A stretch of 52,818 nucleotides of DNA from Bacteroidota bacterium (lineage in GTDB: Bacteria > Bacteroidota > Bacteroidia > Chitinophagales > UBA8649). The stretch spans positions 41,386 through 94,203 of the forward strand of contig DLYY01000011.1 in the NCBI GenBank assembly GCA_003447535.1. The letters are read 5' to 3'. Of this stretch, positions 28,327 to 36,434 are shown in pieces. Both the position numbers and the translations under genes were made by a program. Position 1 is the stretch's first letter. Each line of letters starts with the position of its first letter. The notes beneath the pieces were generated by a model. The model saw nothing but the letters and a program-made list of their open reading frames with translations. It was not told the origin of the DNA and made no database searches.

Positions 28327-30549
28327 CTATTTCTTTTCAGGAGGATAAGCAATTCGTATATGATGAATATTGTTAAGCCTTGATTTAAAGGCGGCTTTAC
28401 ACATATTAATTTCTTGAATGGTAATGTTTGACTCCCTAAACTGGCCATCTTGCATTTGCTTGTCAATGACTTTGTCTACCATGGCTGATATATTTTCTTC
28501 ATCAGGGGCCTTTAGGCTTTTGGATGACGCCTCTGCCGCATCTGCCATCATGAGTATTGCCTCTTCTTTAGTTTGTGGTGGTGGGCCAGGATATTTGTAA
28601 TCACTTTCTCTGGTTTCTTCATCGTCCTGCAACGATTTTTGGTAAAAGTATTCGACCCTGCTATCGCCGTGATGGGTTAAGATAAATTGTTGTAGTGCAT
28701 GTGGGAGACTATATTCTTTTGCTGTTGCTAACCCTATCGAAACGTGTTCTATGATTTTTTGCGCACTAATTCTCGCCGCAAGCCGCTCGTGAGGGTTTTG
28801 CCCGGGATGCTGGTTTTCAATAAAAAACTGAGGATCATTCATTTTGCCCACATCGTGATACAGCGCACCAACTTTTACCAATAGGCCATCCGCACCTACT
28901 GTTTCTGCCGCATACTCTGCAAGGTTTGCAACCTGTAAGGAGTGTTGGAAGGTGCCCGGGGTTTCATTGGAAAGCTTTTTAAGTAAGGGCTTATTTATAT
29001 CTGAAAGTTCAACCAGGCGTAATTCAGACAATGTGCCGTATAGTCGCTCAAACAAAAGGATGATAGGAAGGGCGAGAAAAGTAAGAAAGGATTGAACAGC
29101 CACGTCAGAGAGTACCCATAGGGCATCTATGCTGATTTCTGCACCACCCAACATAAAGAGAAGGGTTTCAAACCCGGCATTAATGGAGAGAACAAGCAAA
29201 CTTAGCCGTAAGAAGTCTGACCAGTATCGAATGGTTTTAACCCAATAGATTACTCCGACCCCAACAACTAGGTGCCGAATAAGGAAGGCCCAACTATCAC
29301 TGACAATTATGGAGGATAGGCCTGCAGTTGCTAAAAGCACAACCAAAGCCGATTCCCGATCATAAAAAGCTAAGATTACCACAGGGGCAATGGCCAATGG
29401 TATAATAGAAAGGTGTTCAGGAATGTAGAGCTCAGCAAAAACGGCAGTTAAACAAAATAGGCCCACAAGTGATGTTGTGACAACGTTTAGGCGTATACTG
29501 AAAGCTTGCTTGGATGCCGACTTGCTTACTGCTACTCCACCACCGAATAAAATAAGAACAACGAGTAGGAATTTGGCAAGATTGATACGAAAGAGCTCAG
29601 TGTCCGACAATAGGCTGTCCTTCGATTTTGTTCGTAAAATTTCTAGAGCCTGTACTTGGTCAGGCCCAACTTTTTCACCCTGCGCGACAATCAACTCTCC
29701 TTTTTCATAATGCTCTTTAATGGAGTCAATGGAAAGCATGGCCCGTTGTATATCTAGTTGAACCTCTGCACTATTCTTCCTGTACCTTCCCATGTCCAGT
29801 GTTGACAGGGGGTGTTTGGGCAGCGCAATTTCCATCATGGTTCCGGACCATTCATTTTTTGAGGAAAATAATTCCCAACCGGGTAATCTGTCAAGAATCT
29901 CTTGATCAAAGAAACCGTCTTGTCCCTCAAAGGTCGCCAAGGAAAGAAGCTGGCTCAATGACAATACTTTATTATTTAACAGAAAACGGGAATCTCCCTC
30001 CAAAGAGAACGTTGGGCTTAATACTATTGCATATCGATTATAATAAGATCGTATATATTCCTGCCCAAACCTAACCATAGAAAGACTGTCAGAAGCAGGA
30101 TATTGTTTTTCTGCCTCCTCTTTTCGCATAGACTCGTAGAGCGCGCTTATCACACCCTGAATCTCGGAAATAGAGCTATCTGGTGATGGCTTAAGTTGAT
30201 CTAAAAAACGTTTTTTTTCCTCTTCAAACAGCAAGCTAAACTCAACATTGTAAAGTGTAATATGTTGACGAACAGAGGCAGAATCATCAAAAAAAAGAGG
30301 AATGGGAAATTGCCTCTTAATTTCAGTAATATCTTGATTTATATCCCCGGAGTCTCTTAATATGTCAAATGCAAAGGGTGCTAAAAGGTCTTGCCCCTGC
30401 CAAATTTCCCCGCTTCCCGCTGTATCTAGAACAAGGGAATGCCTGGGGGATGTTAAGGCGATGATGCCAGCCCATAACAAGATACAGCCCCCAAGGGATA
30501 AATAGCCACTAAGAGAAACGGGTTTTGATTTCTGCATTTCTCCCTGCAA
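28327..30549 (-). CDS. 7TM-HD membrane phosphohydrolase (HDIG domain, PgpH-like)
   Basis: N-terminal extracytoplasmic domain, about 7 TM helices, then an HD domain (HSLQVANLAE, GALYHDVGKM, LTHHGDS); 740 aa. Confidence 0.8.
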   Translation of the reverse strand: MQGEMQKSKPVSLSGYLSLGGCILLWAGIIALTSPRHSLVLDTAGSGEIWQGQDLLAPFAFDILRDSGDINQDITEIKRQFPIPLFFDDSASVRQHITLYNVEFSLLFEEEKKRFLDQLKPSPDSSISEIQGVISALYESMRKEEAEKQYPASDSLSMVRFGQEYIRSYYNRYAIVLSPTFSLEGDSRFLLNNKVLSLSQLLSLATFEGQDGFFDQEILDRLPGWELFSSKNEWSGTMMEIALPKHPLSTLDMGRYRKNSAEVQLDIQRAMLSIDSIKEHYEKGELIVAQGEKVGPDQVQALEILRTKSKDSLLSDTELFRINLAKFLLVVLILFGGGVAVSKSASKQAFSIRLNVVTTSLVGLFCLTAVFAELYIPEHLSIIPLAIAPVVILAFYDRESALVVLLATAGLSSIIVSDSWAFLIRHLVVGVGVIYWVKTIRYWSDFLRLSLLVLSINAGFETLLFMLGGAEISIDALWVLSDVAVQSFLTFLALPIILLFERLYGTLSELRLVELSDINKPLLKKLSNETPGTFQHSLQVANLAEYAAETVGADGLLVKVGALYHDVGKMNDPQFFIENQHPGQNPHERLAARISAQKIIEHVSIGLATAKEYSLPHALQQFILTHHGDSRVEYFYQKSLQDDEETRESDYKYPGPPPQTKEEAILMMADAAEASSKSLKAPDEENISAMVDKVIDKQMQDGQFRESNITIQEINMCKAAFKSRLNNIHHIRIAYPPEKK

Positions 30550-30591
30550 TTTAAGTACTTTAGACCTTTCAAAGGATATTAAATTTTCAAT

Positions 30592-31764
30592 ATGAAAGAT
30601 GTTTATATTTTGGGCATGGCGAGAAGCCCTGTTGGAAGTTTTGGAGGCGCGTTGTCTAAGCTAAGTGCCGTAGAGCTTGGTGCACATAGTATTCGACATG
30701 CTGTACTTAGGGCATCTATTCGACCAGAAGAAATTGAAGAGGTATATATGGGACAGGTCTTGCAAGCTGGAGCTGGACAAGCGCCTGCCAGACAGGCGGC
30801 TCTTTCGGCTGGGCTACTAGAGTCTACTCCATGCACAACCATTAATAAAGTTTGTTCCTCGGGCATGAAGTCAATTATGATGGCAAGTCAGTCCATCCGT
30901 GTTGGTGATCGAAGTTTGATGGTAGCCGGTGGTATGGAATCTATGAGTCAGTCTCCTTTTTATTCTCACGATGCCCGGTGGGGTGCAAAGTATGGCAACC
31001 GAAGTCTTGTAGATGGTATAGTAAGAGATGGTCTTCAAGACCCTTACGACGGGTCAATGATGGGTGTTTGTGGAGATTTATGTGCCGATGAGCAAGGGCT
31101 AGATAGGTTGGCACAAGACGATTATGCTATTGCCTCCTACAAAAGAGCTCAAGAAGCATCGAACAATGGATGGCTAGACTCAGAGATAGCTCCGATTGAA
31201 ATTCCTCAGCGAAAAGGAGATCCTTTGGTGATTGCGCGGGACGAGGATATTGACAAAGTGAGCTTTGAAAAAATACCAAATTTGCGCCCAGTCTTCAATA
31301 AGGAGGGCAGTGTTACCGCAGCAAATGCCTCAAACATTAACGATGGTGCCGCTGCCGTAGTATTGGGTAGCGATCAGTGGATAGCAGAACACAAGCCCCT
31401 TGCGCGAATCTTATCATATGCGGACGCAGCACAAAAGCCCAAACAGTTTACGATGACTCCATCACTAGCCATGCCATTGGCACTGGATAAGGCGGGGATT
31501 AAGGCGTCAGACATTGATTTAGTAGAAATTAATGAGGCCTTTTCTGTTGTGGCTTTGGCTAACATGAAAGCGATGGGCTTTGGTCATGATATTACTAATG
31601 TAAATGGTGGAGGGGTTTCCATCGGTCACCCAATCGGTGTTTCCGGTTGTCGCATCGTGATGGCCCTTATTTCTGAGTTGCGACGCAGGGGTAAACGATA
31701 CGGCCTGGCCGGTATTTGTAATGGGGGTGGTGGTGCCAGCGCCATGGTGATTGAGGCTCTCTAA
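30592..31764 (+). CDS. Acetyl-CoA C-acetyltransferase (thiolase II)
   Basis: Active-site Cys in NKVCSSGMKS, GHPIGVSGCR and CNGGGGASAMVIE; 390 aa. Confidence 0.9.
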   Translation: MKDVYILGMARSPVGSFGGALSKLSAVELGAHSIRHAVLRASIRPEEIEEVYMGQVLQAGAGQAPARQAALSAGLLESTPCTTINKVCSSGMKSIMMASQSIRVGDRSLMVAGGMESMSQSPFYSHDARWGAKYGNRSLVDGIVRDGLQDPYDGSMMGVCGDLCADEQGLDRLAQDDYAIASYKRAQEASNNGWLDSEIAPIEIPQRKGDPLVIARDEDIDKVSFEKIPNLRPVFNKEGSVTAANASNINDGAAAVVLGSDQWIAEHKPLARILSYADAAQKPKQFTMTPSLAMPLALDKAGIKASDIDLVEINEAFSVVALANMKAMGFGHDITNVNGGGVSIGHPIGVSGCRIVMALISELRRRGKRYGLAGICNGGGGASAMVIEAL

Positions 31765-31790
31765 ACAATTAATACCAAAGCTTCGGATGT

Positions 31791-32696
31791 ATGCGTTTTA
31801 ATGTGGTGATATATTGTCGAGCCATAGTAATCATCTGTGTACTAGCATGTGTAAGCCCCGTTGTGGCCCAGTCACCAACAATAACCCAGGATAAGCAAGA
31901 GAGTGGTCTATATCTGCAACTTGCCGAACAATGGGCTCTCGTGACTGCAACGGAAAGTGCTTCAGACACAAGAAGTAACGCGAACAAGGCCTTTATACCC
32001 CTTTTGGCGCGAGCCCTTTCGACGGACGTTGAGTTATCGATAAATTTTTCTTCTTTGCTTATTGGGCTGTTTGAAGTCTATCCACTCGATAGCTCTTTTC
32101 GAATTATTACATGGGAGCTCCTTGTAACAGACAACCACGTAAGGCATTTTGGCGTAATACAGCAACGGAAAAGCCCTAGTGTGCTTCTTCCTCTATTTGA
32201 TGCTAGTGATATACACCCTTACAGAACCAAGGAAATTCTATCTAGAAACAATTGGTTTGGCCAAATCTATTATAATGTATCGGCTATTGCGGGGGCCAAT
32301 GATGGACATTATCTACTCATGGGCTATGACAGAAAGGACAGCTTAAGTGATTTTAAGATATTGGACGTGTTGGTACTTAAGGATGGAGAGGTCAACTTTG
32401 GGGCCCCACAATTTATGTGTCCTCCAGACATGCCAATTGTGGCAGAAGGGGACGTTGTTTCTCGGGATTCGCTTACGAACCGGCTATTTTTCGAATACAA
32501 AGAGGGGACGACAGTTAGAATATCTGTTGATGAATCATCGAGCATGATAACATATAGCCACCTGAGCCCAATTCACCGTTCAGCAAAAGAAACACTTTAT
32601 AATTATGTGCCAGATGGGACTGATGCCGGATATCGTTGGAATGGGGCACATTGGGAATGGATTCCCGATCCATCAGCTATTTTGCCCACTGATTAA
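31791..32696 (+). CDS. Secreted protein of unknown function
   Basis: Signal peptide ending VVAQS; 301 aa with no recognised motif. The 3' end overlaps the convergent OstA-like gene by 20 nt. Confidence 0.5.
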   Translation: MRFNVVIYCRAIVIICVLACVSPVVAQSPTITQDKQESGLYLQLAEQWALVTATESASDTRSNANKAFIPLLARALSTDVELSINFSSLLIGLFEVYPLDSSFRIITWELLVTDNHVRHFGVIQQRKSPSVLLPLFDASDIHPYRTKEILSRNNWFGQIYYNVSAIAGANDGHYLLMGYDRKDSLSDFKILDVLVLKDGEVNFGAPQFMCPPDMPIVAEGDVVSRDSLTNRLFFEYKEGTTVRISVDESSSMITYSHLSPIHRSAKETLYNYVPDGTDAGYRWNGAHWEWIPDPSAILPTD

Positions 32697-34317
32697 AATA
32701 CCGCATGTATAATACAAGGGGGTCTTTGGGCACTCTTGCGGGATTGCTTGTGAGGTCAATATAAGAGCTGGGCCTTGCGTGTCGCATACTTCGGTAAGCG
32801 TCAAGCATTGTGGGCTGGGCGACCCCCTCTTCATTAAGAATGGCAAAAACATCTCCAACCACCCCATTTTCTAGGCGCATAGAAAAAATTTCTCCCAGGG
32901 AATCAAGTCGAACAAGGGCGTAGGCGGCATCTGACCGGTTCCCGTTTTCATAAAGTCCGTCAGTTTCTGACTCAATAAAAACTAAAATCTGGGCATTGTT
33001 GCTCACCTCAATTTGTTGGACGAGTGTATCCCGAAGTATAATAAATATGCTATCTCCCGCTACCTGATCAAATAAATCTCGAGGCTTTAATGCCCTGCTC
33101 CAAAACGCGTCTCCCCAAAAGGATAGTTTTCTTTTGTGCCGACTATTGCTGTCTGTTTCCATTTTGCCAGCCCTTGACAAGACTTCAGTAGAATCATTCC
33201 ACAAGACAACATCACCATCAAGTGCTAAGTAATCTGTAGCACCTACCCAATGAATTGAATTGGCTTGACCCTGCTCATTTTGACTAAAAAACATGGCAGA
33301 CCCCCATCCAAAAAGCTGGGTAGGATTAGTCATAGAATCTACTGCCCCCATGGAATCTTTTAAGGCAAAAAGGGTGTCGGCTGCCAAAAAAAGCGTGTCT
33401 TGACCACTAAGTGAATACACCATCGGTCTGTTGTATCCCCGGAGAGATTCATTCTTATCATCAAGCGTAGCGAGAACACCCCACATGCCAATACTATCAA
33501 TTGTATCATAGATGTGGTAATCCGATAAAAGGTTAATGGTGCTATCTTGTGGGTTGAATCGGGTGTTGTTGCACCATCCTATCTTACTACCAGAAACGAA
33601 GAGCGTTCCTTCTCCAAAAACTGATGGTTTTCCCTCTTCACCAAGTTGGCCATTGTTGCAATAAATGGTCAAGTCTTCTTCATAAATAACAGTGGAGTCC
33701 AAAATTTTGCCAGCTCCAGTTTTTGAGTTATAAATAATGTCCTTTGACTGGATTAGGGTTGGTCCTTGCCTAATTTCAACATCTCCAGTCAGCCTTGAGC
33801 GCCCCCCTCTTGAGGAATAGTTTCCATAGTTGCTACGAATACGAGTATTTCCCTGCCTCAGCTGTCCCCCGCCCGCAAATTGACCCTCGCCAGTAGCTGT
33901 ATTAAACGATATATAGGGACTTTTGATTTGCTTACCATTTTCGGTATATGTGCAGTGGCCAAGAAACCTTCCCGCACTAGTTTGTAATGAGTAGGTTAGA
34001 GAGTCAGAGGTGATTACGATACCTTCGATAGTGGTTACTTGAATGTTGTTGTAGGCACGAATGACACCGGAGTCTATGTCGCTGTCAAAGATGAGGCTGT
34101 CACAAAAAAATAAATTGCTGTCGGCAGAAAGGATAACATCCCCCACTAACACATATTGAGTATTGGTATCACTTTGAAAAATTTGCATTTGCTGGAATGC
34201 CTGGAGATAGACACTGTCAGTGACTGCAGTATCTTGATCAGGTGCATTAGATTGTGCATGGAGGTGATGTGATCCAATGGATAGGAGTAAAAAGAAATTA
34301 CAGACCAACCATTTCAT
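32677..34317 (-). CDS. OstA-like (LptA/LptD-N beta-jellyroll-like) periplasmic protein, multi-repeat
   Basis: Signal peptide ending LHAQS. Three LptA-like G-D-V strand motifs: VGDVILSADSNLFFCDSLIFD, LTGDVEIRQGPTLIQSKDIIYN and LDGDVVLWNDSTEVLSRAGKMETD; 546 aa. Confidence 0.55.
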   Translation of the reverse strand: MKWLVCNFFLLLSIGSHHLHAQSNAPDQDTAVTDSVYLQAFQQMQIFQSDTNTQYVLVGDVILSADSNLFFCDSLIFDSDIDSGVIRAYNNIQVTTIEGIVITSDSLTYSLQTSAGRFLGHCTYTENGKQIKSPYISFNTATGEGQFAGGGQLRQGNTRIRSNYGNYSSRGGRSRLTGDVEIRQGPTLIQSKDIIYNSKTGAGKILDSTVIYEEDLTIYCNNGQLGEEGKPSVFGEGTLFVSGSKIGWCNNTRFNPQDSTINLLSDYHIYDTIDSIGMWGVLATLDDKNESLRGYNRPMVYSLSGQDTLFLAADTLFALKDSMGAVDSMTNPTQLFGWGSAMFFSQNEQGQANSIHWVGATDYLALDGDVVLWNDSTEVLSRAGKMETDSNSRHKRKLSFWGDAFWSRALKPRDLFDQVAGDSIFIILRDTLVQQIEVSNNAQILVFIESETDGLYENGNRSDAAYALVRLDSLGEIFSMRLENGVVGDVFAILNEEGVAQPTMLDAYRSMRHARPSSYIDLTSNPARVPKDPLVLYMRYFNQWAK

Positions 34318-34318
34318 C

Positions 34319-35281
34319 CTATTTGCGGCGATCTTTCCGCTCTATAAGGGAAAACGACACATATCGGGAAGGATTGTTTTTGAGATCGGTTAGTAAGGAA
34401 TCTAGTGAAAGGGCTGCGGTTAAAAGCTCTTCGTGTAAAACATCCTCTTTGATTAGCCGCTGTAGGCTTCCTTCTCCATACTGAATGGTGTCAACCAAAG
34501 AATTAATACTTAAAAGGGCGTAGTCTAAGCGATTTACAGTATTATCAAAATCAACACGCGCGAGGTTGGTGGTCAGCGTATCAACATTTTGTAAAATGCC
34601 TGACAAAACATTGGTTTGGTTTTTAAGATTGAGTGTTATGTTGTTGAGGTTTGCTAAAACTTGACCGATTTGTTCACCCTTCCCATCAAGCATAATCGAT
34701 GTCTTTTGGCCTAGTACGTCATAGGTTTTGACTAGCTGGTCGAGGTCATTTACCAAACCGTTCAAGGTAATGTCGGAAGCCGTTACAGTTGAGGCAAAAA
34801 GTTTATTTATGTTTCGCAGCAAGCTGTCGGCGTTTTGAAGAATAGGGTCAACGCTTTCTGACATGGTGGCCAATTCATCGAAAATGGTAGAGTCATATTG
34901 CGCCTCGACCGTACTGCCCGATGGAAGCATTGAGGGCTCTTCCCCCATAACTAGGTCAATGTTTGTTTCCCCTAAAAAATCGGGCCCTACAAGCTTTGCT
35001 TTTGACCCCTTGGGTAAGTCAATAGAATAATCAAGGGTGAAAATCACCTTCACCACACTTTCGTCGTTCTTTTTATCTAACTCTAAAGAAGAAACCTTGC
35101 CCACAACAAGGCCGTTCACAACCACATCATCTGAAGGTGCCAAGCCGCGAACATTGTTATAATACACAATAAACTCTTGATCAATATGCAATACACCGCG
35201 CCCCTTAAGAAACTGTATTCCACCGAAGACCATGGCGACGACGACTATAAAAAAGAGCCCAACTTTTATTTCGCGATGCAT
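34319..35281 (-). CDS. MlaD/MCE-domain protein
   Basis: Single N-terminal TM (VGLFFIVVVAMVFGG), MCE core YYNNVRGLAPSDDVVVNGLVVGKVSSL and a long helical C-terminus; 320 aa. Confidence 0.75.
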   Translation of the reverse strand: MHREIKVGLFFIVVVAMVFGGIQFLKGRGVLHIDQEFIVYYNNVRGLAPSDDVVVNGLVVGKVSSLELDKKNDESVVKVIFTLDYSIDLPKGSKAKLVGPDFLGETNIDLVMGEEPSMLPSGSTVEAQYDSTIFDELATMSESVDPILQNADSLLRNINKLFASTVTASDITLNGLVNDLDQLVKTYDVLGQKTSIMLDGKGEQIGQVLANLNNITLNLKNQTNVLSGILQNVDTLTTNLARVDFDNTVNRLDYALLSINSLVDTIQYGEGSLQRLIKEDVLHEELLTAALSLDSLLTDLKNNPSRYVSFSLIERKDRRK

Positions 35282-35320
35282 AGATTTAAAACTAAGAAAT
35301 CCTTTAGGACTATTTATTGT

Positions 35321-36397
35321 TTATTGTCGAATTCCATTAAGATAGGTGACAAGGTAGGCATCTTCATATCCTGCGGCTTTGGCTTGCCTTATCCACTGGA
35401 GCGCCTCGGCTTTAGACGAGGTACTTTCTGTTAAGATGCGCGAGAGCACCCCAACAGTCTCGATAGTGATGGAATTGAAAACAGAATAGATTGCATGGTC
35501 GCTTGGCAACTCTTTTCCCGTGGCAAACAATTGAGCCTTGTACGCTATGCCAGAATGAACGGAAGATGTGTTGTCCACTTCTTCATTTCGGTCGGTGGTA
35601 TTATGCTCAATGGCATGCCCATTGTTGTTCGAGGCGTTTTTTTCTACGAAGTCCCGAAAGGCAAAGAATATACTTTCGGCCAAGATGTTTTGGCCTGTTT
35701 CTGAAGCAAGAAAAACACATTCTTCTCTGTGGGTCAAAAAGCCTAGCTCAATTAACACACTGGGCATAGAAGTCTTGTACAATACTAGGAAACCGGCCTG
35801 CTTTACACCCCGCGATTTAAGCCCAGCATGATTAATGAATCGACTTTCTACAAGGCTTGCAAACTGAATACTTTGATCAAGATAGTTTTGTTGATGAAGC
35901 TCAAGTAGTATTTGTGCTTCGGGGGATGTGATGTCGACATATTCCTGTTCATATCCCCCTTCTAGGCTTATAACCGCATTTTCTCGCCGAACAACCTCAA
36001 GGTTTGCATCATTCCTGTGTAAACCCAACACGAAGGTTTCTGTCCCACGAGCACTTGCGTTACTCGCGGCGTTGGCATGTATACTTATAAAGAAATCAGC
36101 CTCTCGACTATTTGCAATCTTGGCCCTTTGGAAAAGTTCCACAAACTTATCGGTCTCTCTGGAGTAGGACACTTCAACGCTTGACAGGTGTTTTTCAATA
36201 AGTTTCCCAACCTTCAATGTGACCGATAGGGCAACATCTTTTTCCTGTGTATTAAATGCCACCGCGCCGGGGTCTTTACCGCCATGGCCTGCATCCAATA
36301 CAACATGGTGTATTTGTCCGTTTAGGATAAAGGGTGCACTAAGAAAAAGGCTTAGGAAAACCTTTAGAATTAACTGTCGTTGTTTAGGCGTGAACAT
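35321..36397 (-). CDS. N-acetylmuramoyl-L-alanine amidase (Amidase_3) with C-terminal SPOR-like domain
   Basis: VVLDAGHGGKDPGA, FISIHANA and ELGFLTHREE. The C-terminal 70 aa, YKAQLFATG...AEALQWIRQAKAAGYEDAYLVTY, fit a SPOR pattern. Confidence 0.8.
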   Translation of the reverse strand: MFTPKQRQLILKVFLSLFLSAPFILNGQIHHVVLDAGHGGKDPGAVAFNTQEKDVALSVTLKVGKLIEKHLSSVEVSYSRETDKFVELFQRAKIANSREADFFISIHANAASNASARGTETFVLGLHRNDANLEVVRRENAVISLEGGYEQEYVDITSPEAQILLELHQQNYLDQSIQFASLVESRFINHAGLKSRGVKQAGFLVLYKTSMPSVLIELGFLTHREECVFLASETGQNILAESIFFAFRDFVEKNASNNNGHAIEHNTTDRNEEVDNTSSVHSGIAYKAQLFATGKELPSDHAIYSVFNSITIETVGVLSRILTESTSSKAEALQWIRQAKAAGYEDAYLVTYLNGIRQ

Positions 36398-36434
36398 CTA
36401 AATTTGTTGAAGCTACCTTCGTTATTCGAAAATA

